Shown here one piece after another: positions 1 to 10,567 of a DNA stretch of 64,000 nucleotides (positions within the stretch are counted from its first letter, which is position 1; each line of letters opens with the position of its first letter). The DNA comes from Stylophora pistillata. Lineage: Eukaryota. A model generated the notes under the pieces. That model did no database searches. It was not told the origin of the DNA and was given only the letters and a program-made list of their open reading frames with translations. Made by a program: the position numbers and the translations under genes. Where the stretch lies: contig NW_019217893.1 of NCBI RefSeq assembly GCF_002571385.2, positions 87,204-151,203 on the forward strand, in the 5' to 3' direction.

Positions 1-71
1 TATATATATATACCACAAAGGTTGGATCGTTTGGGGTGACCATATTGGTTCTCCTCCATCCTAGCATTAGC

Positions 72-117
72 ACTGCACTGATGAGGCCCAGAAGGCCGAA
101 ACAGTACTGTCTGCAGT
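72..117 (+). ncRNA. Type I hammerhead ribozyme, copy 1
   Basis: Stem I ACTGCA/TGCAGT; core CTGATGA; stem II GGCC-CAGAA-GGCC; GAAA; stem III ACAG-TA-CTGT; GUC cleavage triplet at 109-111. Confidence 0.92.
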
Positions 118-315
118 TAGATATAGCTCTTTGGCATACAAAGCTTTGCTTTCATGTCCAAATTGAGCACTCTAACTAGGATGAGTCATTGCTCTGCAAT
201 TGCGCATGCTCGCTAGTGTACTCTAGTTTGAGCACTCTGGCATGGCTTAGACGATACCACAAAGGTTGGATCGTTTGGGGTGACCATATTGGTTCTCCTC
301 CATCCTAGCATTAGC

Positions 316-361
316 ACTGCACTGATGAGGCCCAGAAGGCCGAAACAGTACTGTCTGCAGT
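316..361 (+). ncRNA. Type I hammerhead ribozyme, copy 2
   Basis: Same sequence as 72-117, offset by 244 bp. Confidence 0.92.
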
Positions 362-559
362 TAGATATAGCTCTTTGGCATACAAAGCTTTGCTTTCATG
401 TCCAAATTGAGCACTCTAACTAGGATGAGTCATTGCTCTGCAATTGCGCATGCTCGCTAGTGTACTCTAGTTTGAGCACTCTGGCATGGCTTAGACGATA
501 CCACAAAGGTTGGATCGTTTGGGGTGACCATAATGGTTCTCCTCCATCCTAGCATTAGC

Positions 560-605
560 ACTGCACTGATGAGGCCCAGAAGGCCGAAACAGTACTGTCT
601 GCAGT
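560..605 (+). ncRNA. Type I hammerhead ribozyme, copy 3
   Basis: Same sequence as 72-117. Confidence 0.92.
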
Positions 606-803
606 TAGATATAGCTCTTTGGCATACAAAGCTTTGCTTTCATGTCCAAATTGAGCACTCTAACTAGGATGAGTCATTGCTCTGCAATTGCGCATGCTCG
701 CTAGTGTACTCTAGTTTGAGCACTCTGGCATGGCTTAGACGATACCACAAAGGTTGGATCGTTTGGGGTGACCATATTGGTTCTCCTCCATCCTAGCATT
801 AGC

Positions 804-849
804 ACTGCACTGATGAGGCCCAGAAGGCCGAAACAGTACTGTCTGCAGT
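804..849 (+). ncRNA. Type I hammerhead ribozyme, copy 4
   Basis: Same sequence as 72-117. Confidence 0.92.
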
Positions 850-1047
850 TAGATATAGCTCTTTGGCATACAAAGCTTTGCTTTCATGTCCAAATTGAGC
901 ACTCTAACTAGGATGAGTCATTGCTCTGCAATTGCGCATGCTCGCTAGTGTACTCTAGTTTGAGCACTCTGGCATGGCTTAGACGATACCACAAAGGTTG
1001 GATCGTTTGGGGTGACCATAATGGTTCTCCTCCATCCTAGCATTAGC

Positions 1048-1093
1048 ACTGCACTGATGAGGCCCAGAAGGCCGAAACAGTACTGTCTGCAGT
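1048..1093 (+). ncRNA. Type I hammerhead ribozyme, copy 5
   Basis: Same sequence as 72-117; the array ends just after it. Confidence 0.92.
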
Positions 1094-1198
1094 TAGTTAT
1101 ATATATATATATATATATATCATACTCCCACACACTGCAATGGGAAAAAAGACAGTTTTTATACGTGCGTTTCCTTTTTATTGATCATGGTGTACAAA

Positions 1199-1492
1199 CT
1201 ATGCGTACCAAATGACAAGTCTATTACGATTATTGCCATACCCGTCACTACCTACATAAAAAATGATTCTATCTGGTAAGAGTGCAAAAGGTGATCGAGA
1301 CACTCGGAAAGAAGAAATGTTAAATAAAAAATTTAACTCATCAAATAAATAAAAATGGTACTCGTCTAATAGGAAGAGTGTACAGCACGATAACATGGAT
1401 GTATGGTATAAATAGCAGGCGTTGTAAAAAATATCTATAGGCATCCACTTCGTAATGAAATCTGTTAGGGGTCTAAGAAAAAAAAATTCCAT
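1199..1492 (-). CDS. Cassette G of the RING locus (uncertain: separate ORF or frameshifted exon)
   Basis: 97-aa ORF whose ATG directly follows the stop of cassette F. A T-rich TAG acceptor lies at 1473-1474 but is out of phase with the long frame. Minus-strand AATAAA at 1177-1182. Confidence 0.35.
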   Translation of the reverse strand: MEFFFLRPLTDFITKWMPIDIFYNACYLYHTSMLSCCTLFLLDEYHFYLFDELNFLFNISSFRVSRSPFALLPDRIIFYVGSDGYGNNRNRLVIWYA

Positions 1493-1783
1493 TCAATCTC
1501 TTTCATAAATAGACACGGTAGCAATTTCTCCTACTCTAAAATCTACGAGATGTCCACAACCCTCGTAATTTTGAGGATACATCATTTGCACTCTTACATC
1601 TGAATGAATTCGGTGTCTGTGTGTATAAACGGCATCCAAACACTCATACAAGTCTAAATGGGAAATGACGATAAGGTGAGAAGAATCTAGCTCGGGAAGA
1701 TAATCATATAAAAGAAATAAGGCCATATCTAAAGATTCATACAAAAGAGTTTCTTCAAAATTTATAGGTGGTAAATCAAAAAC
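1493..1783 (-). CDS. Putative alternative terminal exon F of the RING gene
   Basis: Acceptor TTTTTTTTCTAG, then phase-0 open frame VFDLPPINFEETLLYESLDMALFLLYDYL; similar to exon E. Confidence 0.55.
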   Translation of the reverse strand, partial: VFDLPPINFEETLLYESLDMALFLLYDYLPELDSSHLIVISHLDLYECLDAVYTHRHRIHSDVRVQMMYPQNYEGCGHLVDFRVGEIATVSIYERD

Positions 1784-1806
1784 CTAGAAAAAAAATTACA
1801 TGATTT

Positions 1807-2076
1807 TTAAATAAAAAGAAATAGTATCTTGTGTTCTAAAAGAGTACGTGCCACTAAACGATAATTATTTTCATATGTGTACGAGTAAAACCAATGAACC
1901 TGACACCTCGGAATGAAATTAAAAAAGTACAAGGAATGAAGGGTCCAAAATAATTCATGATTGTCAAGTATAATTAAGACGCGTTCCGAATCGTAAGTTT
2001 GTAAAAAATCATAAATCAAAAAAATTGCCGATCTTATCGGGCTGTGTAAACGGATATTTAGCGAGTCTTCATATAC
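1807..2076 (-). CDS. Putative alternative terminal exon E of the RING gene
   Basis: Acceptor TTTTATTTTGTCAATAG, then phase-0 open frame VYEDSLNIRLHSPIRSAIFLIYDFL. Confidence 0.55.
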   Translation of the reverse strand, partial: VYEDSLNIRLHSPIRSAIFLIYDFLQTYDSERVLIILDNHELFWTLHSLYFFNFIPRCQVHWFYSYTYENNYRLVARTLLEHKILFLFI

Positions 2077-2103
2077 CTATTGACAAAATAAAAAAAAAGT
2101 CTG

Positions 2104-2394
2104 TCATCTAAACGGTAGTTCATATTTAAATATCTTTATCTCGTAATCATTTAAAAAATTGCAAAGAGTGCATAACAGGTGATAATTGCTTTGTTCCGCT
2201 ACATTATTAAAAAAATAAACAATATGTGTCAATATACGAACGGATTCTGTCAATTCAAAAAGTTCTATCAATATTGCATATACGCAAAGCCAAGAATCTA
2301 TTTCAAACGTGAGTTCATATTTAATTTGTGAAAAGAATAGATGTAAAAACGTGATCGCATGCGATTCTTCTAAAAACGGTGTCACATTGCCAAT
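2104..2394 (-). CDS. Putative alternative terminal exon D of the RING gene
   Basis: Acceptor TTTACTCTCTTTTAG, then phase-0 IGNVTPFLEE; aligns end to end with exon C. Confidence 0.6.
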   Translation of the reverse strand: MGNVTPFLEESHAITFLHLFFSQIKYELTFEIDSWLCVYAILIELFELTESVRILTHIVYFFNNVAEQSNYHLLCTLCNFLNDYEIKIFKYELPFR

Positions 2395-2452
2395 CTAAAA
2401 GAGAGTAAAAAAAAAATCTGTTCACTATATTGTCACACACACACACAATGTA

Positions 2453-2740
2453 TTAAATAAACACCGGTGTATATCGATAAATTTTCACATCCGAGTTACC
2501 CAACCCACCAAAAGAAGATAAACAGTCATAATAGGGTTGTTCTAAAGGATTTGTAAAAAAATGGATGATGTGTGATAACGGTAGAATAATTTTCCCCATG
2601 TGGAAAATATCCCACCATGAAACATATACACAGATATAATCTTCTAAATCAAACGCTAGATCTACTTTAATGTTCCAAAAATAAGTTTCGAAAAATATAA
2701 TCATGTCCCGTTCGCTTGCAAGTGTCGTGTCAAATCCAAT
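2453..2740 (-). CDS. Putative alternative terminal exon C of the RING gene
   Basis: Acceptor TTTTATTTACTTTAG, then phase-0 IGFDTTLASERDMIIFF; paralog of exon D. Confidence 0.6.
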   Translation of the reverse strand: MGFDTTLASERDMIIFFETYFWNIKVDLAFDLEDYICVYVSWWDIFHMGKIILPLSHIIHFFTNPLEQPYYDCLSSFGGLGNSDVKIYRYTPVFI

Positions 2741-3091
2741 CTAAAGTAAATAAAACGGAAACGGCCTCAATTTCACGGTACACGAACAATTTCTCATTTG
2801 ACCTGCACCTACAATAACAATGTCTCCTTCTTGGTGGGTATATGGATAGTCTCTGTGCACGTGCACATAACGTTGTATGGATGGAATGGTTGTGAAAAAA
2901 TTACGTAAAAATACTTGAAACTCGGTATTAAATGGCCGAGAATTACAATACACAAAAACGCGCACATAATCATCTTGACCAGACAAACCATTGCACAATT
3001 CAGTACAAATTTGGTTTAAAACAAAATAGAAATCAAAATATCTCTCATATGTGATATGAACTGGTGTTATAAACCATCGCTGGCCCCGAAT
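2741..3091 (-). CDS. Putative alternative terminal exon B of the RING gene
   Basis: Acceptor CTGTCTTTTTCTTAG, then phase-0 IRGQRWFITPVHITYERYFDF, open to the TAG that is also the acceptor of exon C. Confidence 0.55.
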   Translation of the reverse strand: MRGQRWFITPVHITYERYFDFYFVLNQICTELCNGLSGQDDYVRVFVYCNSRPFNTEFQVFLRNFFTTIPSIQRYVHVHRDYPYTHQEGDIVIVGAGQMRNCSCTVKLRPFPFYLL

Positions 3092-3205
3092 CTAAGAAAA
3101 AGACAGACCGAAAATCAACGCTGACGATAATACATATGAAAATGTTAAACGAGTGAGTGGGTGAATTAGGTACCTCGTACGAACGTTAAAAAACGTTAAA
3201 AAACG

Positions 3206-3505
3206 TTAAAAAAGACATAAAGGATAACTGTGACTACGAAATATATCTCTAAAAAATTTAAAAAAACCTAAGACTAAAAAAGATGTAGAAAATAATCGCT
3301 GATACACTTGAAAGTCTTGCGATGAAAAATATCGTAAAAACAATCGAACAAAATTAGGTGGTATATAAATTTCTATCAGTACATAACAATTATCTCTAAA
3401 TGCATTGGGAGGATTTATGATGATTAACATGCGTTCTAAAACAGTGACTAAAAATTGGGCATGCCAAAGTGCTTGATGACAGAGCTCTTCGCGATTAGCA
3501 TAAAT
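3206..3505 (-). CDS. Exon A (proximal 3' exon) of the RING gene
   Basis: Follows an 85-nt GTGAGT...TTTTAG intron (3506-3590); phase-0 IYANREELCHQALWHAQF. Confidence 0.6.
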   Translation of the reverse strand: MYANREELCHQALWHAQFLVTVLERMLIIINPPNAFRDNCYVLIEIYIPPNFVRLFLRYFSSQDFQVYQRLFSTSFLVLGFFKFFRDIFRSHSYPLCLF

Positions 3506-3590
3506 CTAAAATCAAAATAAGAAAGGGGGAAAAATGTCACATGGACGAAAATAAAAAATCACTATATCATATTTCTCTTAAAATACTCAC

Positions 3591-3992
3591 TTCGCGATTT
3601 CTAGCCTCCAAGGCACCGGGTTCCAGCAATGCCCTTAAATCAGCGATGGCTTGCTGTCTCATGTTGACGTGTTCAGCACTTAATGGAGGAGGTATGTTTC
3701 CGAACTGAGCCACTGGGTTTTCTTGCGCTTCACCATATGCAAATGGTCCATCATTTTCATCATCATATAGCCTTTGTCGTGATGGGAATGGATGCCTGCA
3801 ATGCCCGCAGTAATTGGATGAAGCGCGATGCTCATCTGGGCAGCGCCTATGAATTCCTCTCCCGCAACACGTGGTCACTGTAACCTGCATTAAATTCACC
3901 GTTATCGGAACTAAACAGATGAAACAGGGATACGATTGTCCATCCTCTTCAGGCCCTTCCTCGCGTAACCTCCTCGAATAGCGTCTGGCCAT
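3591..3992 (-). CDS. RING-finger (E3 ligase-like) constant exon, 134 codons
   Basis: CFIC...CCGRGIHRRC...CGHC RING-like Cys/His pattern; ATG at 3992; upstream 5'UTR intron GTAAGA(4080)...TTACTTAG(4007); donor GTGAGT at 3590. Confidence 0.75.
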
Positions 3993-4410
3993 TTTTTCTT
4001 CTCCACCTAAGTAAAAAAAAAAGCATACATAGTCGAGAAAAAAACAAATTAAAAAACCTTCATGTCTCCACATGTCTTACCTCTATCGCTCTTCAAGTAC
4101 TACTGCGAAATGGCAAATGAAATGACATACTAAAATAATAAAATTAAAAGAATGGAGTCACGTAGCGGGAATAGAGATGAAAAGAACTTCAAAATATTGA
4201 AGGATTAGTAAGGTGTTCATGAATGACCACAGACCCAAAAAAAAATGCGAGGAATGACTGCACCCAAAAAATGCGAGGAATGAATTCTATTGTCCTACAT
4301 TTCACAATATAATGAGTACTACATCCCATCAAGTTCACAGTTGGTAGAGATTGTGTAGGAGAGTAGTAGTGGCAGGAAAATTCAAATTTGAAAAGAGAGG
4401 GAGAGTTAAA

Positions 4411-7400
4411 ATGGCGGCCAGAAAAAGAGCGTGGAGTGAAGAATCGTGGGTTGATGATGTGAGTGATGAAGATCTTGTGCGTATTGGGGAGTTGTATGAG
4501 GATCAATAATATCTCGAGGATGTAGGCGATGAAGAGCTTCTTCGCATGACCGATCAAGGACAGACAGGTTCTGGTACACCATTATTTAATTTTGAATATC
4601 ATCCTATTGGAGAACCAGCAAAATTTAAAAACACAGTGTTAAAACAGCGTGTTCGTACCGAAAAGAAGCAGCTTCGGGATGTAAGGGCGGGAGATAATTT
4701 GGGTGAAGAACTCACACGAGCTGTGGCACGTGTAGCGGGGAGAATTTTAGATGATGCTGGGAGGCGATGGCGCCGTGGGATAAGAGACAATGACCAAGTG
4801 TTATTTAATTTCTCTACCCCGCAGTTTCAACACCCACTTCAATCGTCGCATTTTAGAGTGAAAGAGGTGCGTAATGGGAGCGACCGCTGGGATGGTTATT
4901 TGCAAGTGCTGGTGAACCCGCTGAATTCCAGTGAAGCATTCGAGGCGGGTGATCCCTTTGACGTGGACGTGACGTTGGTGGCCCGTGATGGTAGAAAAAA
5001 CGTGGGGGGTAAATGGGGAGGTGACTGGGGCGTAAGAAACTTTCGACAGTGTTACACGATCGCAAAAGTGTGTTGGAAGTAAGCAATGACGACAACCTGT
5101 GCTGTGCGCGCGCTATTTGGCTCACGAAATCAACTTGCGACACGATTGACTGCCCCACAGACCAAGAGGCAAAGCGTTACTATAGAAATATCCAACATAA
5201 CCCGCAAACACTGACGAGATGTGCAAAATGTTTACATCGCGAAGCTGAGGTGCTTGAACGACCATGTGGAAAGTTAGAATTAGCAGCCTTTCAAGCGTAT
5301 TTAGCGCCGCAGTACCAACTTAAAGTGATCACGGCCTACTACCCCTATGGAGTGTTATTCGAAGGTCACGTGACAGAGCCACCTCAACACATTGTGCGAT
5401 TGTTGTACGTGCCTCCTGTTGGGAACTCAGACATTGGGCATTACCATGGGTGTACATCCTACATGGCCTTTCTAGAAAAATCCTATTACTGCGATATGTG
5501 TAACCGTGGATACGGCAGCGAAGAAATTCGGCATCATCCGTCTGAAGGGCGTCGCTGTAAAGCGTGTAAACAAGTGGCATGTGGCTCTAAACCCCATCAA
5601 CCCACCATCTATTGTCAGCATTGCCATCGACACTTTTATGATGACAGATGTGTGGCTTTCCATCACGCAGAAAGTATTTGCAAGAGCTGGGTTCGTTGTG
5701 AACTTTGCTGTAAAGAGTATACGCCTTCCGACGACCCTCACAAATGCTATACCGGCCGATGTCGCGCATGCAGAGAGGACGTGGATTTAACTACACACCA
5801 GTGTTACATCCAGAGCGTGGATGAAGAGGAAGATCTCCCCGTAAAAAAGCCTGCACAAAATCTGTACAAAAAAACAGAAACTGAAAAACCCCAATGTCAG
5901 CCGTTATGTCGACCCGCCGATTTTTGTCTATGCAGATTTTGAGGCGATCATCCAGTCTGATGGAACCCATACCCCCTTCTTGGTCCGCGCCGAAACGAGA
6001 GACTCGGACGAGTGTCACACCTTCTATGGCCCAGAATGCACTGGTGAATTTTTAGATTTTCTAGATTCCCTCATCTATGGTACCGAGACACAACCCATTC
6101 CCAAAGAAGAGAGTCGCGATGTCATCTGCATCTTTCATAATTTGAAAGGCTACGATAGTGTCTTTTTACAGGCACAACTCTTAAAAGAACATCGTAAATT
6201 TCATTTTATGATACCTAACGGCACAAAACAGTCGTCTCTTTCCTATAGGAGAGTTCAATTTAAAGATTCTCTCTGTTTCATCCCTTCATCGCTCGCCCAA
6301 TTTTCAAGCACGTTTGGAATAGAAGAAATCAAGAAAGGGTTCTTCCCGCATACCTTCCACACTCCTGAAAATGCTGATTATGTGGGTGCGTTACCTGACC
6401 GTATTTATTTTGACCCCGAATCCATGTCCGAAAAGAAAAAGGCTGAATTTGAAGAATGGTACCAAGAAGAATCTTCCCGTCAGCTGGTTTACGACCTAAA
6501 ACGCGAACTGATCGAGTATTGTGGGTCGGATGTGAAGTTATTGAAAGAGGGCTGTAAAAAATTTGTGGCTGAATTTCGTGCGGTGGCTGGTTTTGACGCC
6601 TTAGAAAAATGTGTCACGATTGTGTAAGCCTGCAATCGCTACTGGCGCAAGCGCGTGATGGAGGAGGAGAGCATTGCATTGGAGCCGTGCAGTGGGTGGC
6701 ATGATTCGCGCCCCCCACATTCTTTAAAATCGTTAGAGTGGTTGTTCTGGGAAGAGAGGCAGCGTGGAATTCACATCCGTCACGCAAGAAATGGAGGGGA
6801 AATGGGTATCCGTGTGGCAACCATCACCCATCACGTCGATGGATTTCACCATGAATCACGCACCTGTTTTGAATTTCAGGGCTGTTTGTTTCACGGATGT
6901 GCTAAATGTTTCCCAGATAGAAAAAAAGTGCTACACAGCGCCATGGGACTCACAGTGGGGGCGTTACTAAGGTGAACAGAGCAGAAAGTCAAAGCGTTGC
7001 GTGACGCCGGATATACAGTCATCGAAATGTGGGAATGTCAGTTCGACCTTCTAAAAAAGCAACATGGGGAATGCCGCCACTTTGTATCAAATTTAAATCT
7101 CGTATCACCGCTAGAACCACGTGATGCATTCTTTGGGGGGAAAACAGGGGCCGTGGTGCTTCATCATTGAGTGTCAGACGACCGCGAGCAAATTCGGTAC
7201 GTCGATGTGACTAGCGAATATCCATGGGTGAAAAAGAATGGTCTACACCCGGTGGGTCATCCCGTCATCTTGTACGAACCAGAAAATCAAGATCCCACAG
7301 TCTACTATGGTCTGTTAAAAGTGGACGTGCTACCTCCTGCCGAGTTGTTTCATCCCGTCTTACCATACAGACACAAGATGAGTTCTGGTTCGTACAAGTT

Positions 7401-8503
7401 GACATTCCCCTTAAGCGCCAAGTGTGTGGAAGAGGAAAGTGCCAAACCCATGCTGGCAAGATCCTTTTAATGCACTCACACAGACATCGAGCGCTGTTTG
7501 CGAGGCACGTGGTGTTCGCCCGAATTGAATAAAGCCATAGCACTGCGGTATAGAGTACTACGCATACATGAAGTATGGCATTTTGAAGAATCTGAGCAAG
7601 GGTTGTTTGCGCCATACGTGAACACCTGGTTAAAGATAAAACAGGAGAGTGCTGGATACCCAGCCTGGTGTCAAGACGACACAGATCGCGCCGGTTATGT
7701 CGACGACTTCAGGCGAAAAGAAGGAATTGAGCTAGACCCCACCAAAATAACAAAAAACCCCGGACGAAAAGCAGTGGCCAAGCTGATGTTGAATTCCTTT
7801 TGGGGGAAATTTGGCCAACAAACCAACAAATCTACCACGGATCAATTGACCGAAGCCCGTGATTTGTTAGAGATACTCGACGACCCTTTATTGAATGTAC
7901 AGGACATTCCAATTTTATCCCCAGAATTTGTCGAAGTGGTGTACCAGCGAGACGCGTCCGATCCAGTCAAAGGTATGACGACTAACATTTTCATTGCAGC
8001 CTTTATGACAGCCATGGCCAGGTTGAAACTTTACGAGTCGCTGGAAACAGTGCAGCAGCAAGTGCTTTACTATGACACGGACTCTGTCGTGTACCGATGG
8101 AAACCCGGAGATCCTGAAATCCCGCTTGGTGACCATTTAGGTGACATGACCAATGAACTTGACGAGGGGGACTGGATCAAAGAATTTATAAGTGCGGGGG
8201 CAAAGAATTATGCCTATCGCACTCATCTTGGTAAAATTTGCACAAAAGTCAAAGGCTTTTCACTCAACGTCAGTGGAAAGAAACAACTTAATTTCGAAGT
8301 ATTAAAGGACAATGTGATGCAGGAACTTATAGATCACTGTCACGTGGTCACTCATGTGCACAAATCCTGTGCATTTTGTCAGGGACCCAGTCGTAAAGAG
8401 AATCCGAACAGAACATCAAACAAAAACATATCAATTAGTGTTTGATAAGCGGGTGATAGGGGAGGGGAAAAGTTTTCCATACGGCTACAAAAGAATAGTC
8501 TAA
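4411..8503 (+). pseudogene. Protein-primed family B DNA polymerase (pPolB), multiple stops and frameshifts
   Basis: Exonuclease motifs FHNLKGYD and YCGSDV; polymerase motifs YVDVTSEYP, KLMLNSFWGKF and YYDTDS; C-terminal DKR...PYGY; N-terminal NDDNLCCARA...HYH; in-frame ATG at 4411. Confidence 0.93.
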
Positions 8504-8579
8504 TCTTTTCTTGTGTGTATATAGATCGAATTGAGCGGAAAATTGCGGACAGACACAACGTAGATAGACAATGTAAATA

Positions 8580-8960
8580 TTAAACAATTTTTCTATTATT
8601 TTTAAAACCTGCCCATCTCTTGTTTTTTAACAGTATGGATACTGACATTCTGATTGCTTCTAGGGTCGCTTCGGTTTCTCGTACTTTTTCCACCAAAAAT
8701 TTGACGATGCTAATCTGGGCTTCTTCCTCTTCCGCTTGTTTTTTGGCTGCTTCCGTCAACACTTCGTACACATGCGCTTCAAATTCACCGTCGGACATGT
8801 CTTGATAACTTTTCATGTTTTCATCCATTTTGTTCTGCCTTTCCTTGTCCTGCTCCTGCTCCTGTCCTGGTTCCTGTTCCGCGCGCTCCGGACTTGGGGC
8901 GTCCGCCCCAAGCTCTTTGAGAGATTTGACACTGTCTTCCACAGAATGACAACTATTCAT
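8580..8960 (-). CDS. Maverick hypothetical acidic/coiled-coil protein
   Basis: 126-aa E/Q-rich ORF, convergent with pPolB; no recognised family. Confidence 0.45.
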   Translation of the reverse strand: MNSCHSVEDSVKSLKELGADAPSPERAEQEPGQEQEQDKERQNKMDENMKSYQDMSDGEFEAHVYEVLTEAAKKQAEEEEAQISIVKFLVEKVRETEATLEAIRMSVSILLKNKRWAGFKNNRKIV

Positions 8961-9251
8961 AGCGGGAAGATCGATCGGCGATACGACATGAAATGAATCT
9001 TATTTAGAATTTACAGAAGCCATGGTGCGATTTCGCCGTCTTTTCTTTTTAGTTTTGAGGAGAGGGTTGCAACTCATCCGAGGTTTACTTCAAAATGAGT
9101 GTATCGGGTGCGCGACGGATTGTTTAATAGGAATCACTACATTTATGCTGACGTAAAGGGAAAAAAGTGACGTGGGATAAAATGATTGGATACACACACA
9201 ATAAACACACACACTTCTTTTTTCTTTGGAAACGCACACATGTTTTATTAT

Positions 9252-9662
9252 TTAAATTCCTATTCTTACTTTAGCAGACATAATTTTATCGATGACGCGT
9301 TCCGGCATAGTTTTTTTACCGGGAGATCGGCGAATGGCGGCAACCATTTTACGATCGGCCGTATGCTTGTCGGCCAGACTTTTGGCTTTACTGTAATCGA
9401 TATCGTGTTGTTTAGCCACTCGATCTAGTCGATTGATTCCCGGATCACCACGTTTAAATCGCATGGCTAATTTAGTACCCGGTCCTAAATACTGATACCC
9501 CGGCCAATGAAATTCGACTCCTAATTTTCAAATCCATTTTTGAAAATCTACTTTTCCAGCTCTCTGCCTAGGTGGCCCTCTTTTTCCTAACTTTGCCCCT
9601 TCCCCTAGTTTTGCTTCCCGTCGTCGTCGCCGATGCGGTCGTTTTTGATAGCGTCGTTCCAT
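9252..9662 (-). pseudogene. Parvovirus VP1u-type phospholipase A2 (PLA2) protein
   Basis: HWPGYQYLGPGT Ca-binding loop and DRVAKQHDIDY catalytic HD motif; one internal stop where copy 2 has Ser. Confidence 0.85.
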
Positions 9663-10439
9663 AAGCTTCGTACAACTCCACTCCTCGTCTCTCAAATGGT
9701 TCCCAACTTCCAAAACTTTTTAAAGTTTCTACTTCCCTTTTCCTTTTTCGGTACTTACGTTTGGGCCTTTTTTCGTGTACGAGAATTGGTTTTATAGGCC
9801 CCTGGGAGGCCCCCTCGGTAGCTGATTCACCGCTACTCGCAGGCCTACCTCCTTTTTTAGGTGTGACCGATAAAGGGGTGAGTGGCTTTTTTCCAACTAG
9901 CAGGTGTCCCCACAATGGCCGTTCCGATAGGAGTCGTCCACAGCGGTTGAGATATTGTCATTTTTTGTCCATTTCCTACCCCGAGTGTCTCTTGCAATGG
10001 CCTACCCAAGGGGGTACCCAAAGGGGTTCCCAAGGGTGTTCCCGAGGCAGGGGTAGATGGTAATTGTCTTTTTTTTCTTTATTACTTTTGGTGCTGTTTC
10101 AGATTTTTTACCACTTCTTATCGATCCGATCAATTGGTTTATGAGTTGATCTTCAACGGAATCTAACACGTTACCCTGATCCTTGTTTTCAGCCGCTTCG
10201 GGCCCACTTCCTGCGGGTATCGAACACAATTGTTCGGTCAAATCGCGTTCTCTACCCAATAATGTTTTAGCCACGGGCTCTTTAAGAACTGCGGGGGCGT
10301 GTGGATGGTTGAAAACCAATTGAGCTTCGGCGGCCACGCGAGCTGCTTTGTCTAACAGAGTGCTTTCGGTGATTTTACCTTTGTAATAATCGATCAGAGC
10401 CTGAAATTCTTGGGGGTCTACCATTAGTCTCGTTTCCAT
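9568..10439 (-). pseudogene. Maverick Pro/Thr-rich basic protein (frameshifted)
   Basis: METRLMVDPQEF...GTPL repeats...SWEPFERRG; collinear with copy 2 at 52335-53222. Confidence 0.6.
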
Positions 10440-10441
10440 TT

Positions 10442-10567
10442 CTAACACAGTTTTTCTATTAGCCAACGCAACAAACTTATCAAAAGACACTCTTTGCCTA
10501 CAGCTTCTTCAAAATCCATGTGAATCGATATACCTCCGTCCACTTCGTCTACCGGGTGATGGGGCAT
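10442..10567 (-). CDS. Small Maverick ORF (MPHHPVDEVDGG)
   Basis: Conserved in copy 2 as MPQHPVDDVDGG (~52207-52350). Confidence 0.5.
   Translation of the reverse strand: MPHHPVDEVDGGISIHMDFEEAVGKECLLISLLRWLIEKLC

Larger units (their letters stand above)
11..1096 (+). mobile_element. Non-LTR retrozyme tandem array (244-bp unit, about 4.5 copies) inserted in (TA)n
   Basis: Near-identical 244-bp units start at 11, 255, 499, 743 and 987. Each carries a type I hammerhead ribozyme. (TA)n flanks both ends (1-10, 1098-1120). Confidence 0.9.

Noticed and set aside
11-1096. CRISPR array or protein-coding repeat
   Set aside because: Units are contiguous and near-identical with no unique spacers; the hammerhead explains the structure; the ORFs there are incidental.
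4189-4557. 122-aa minus-strand ORF
   Set aside because: It is antisense to the pPolB start and promoter, with no recognisable motifs.
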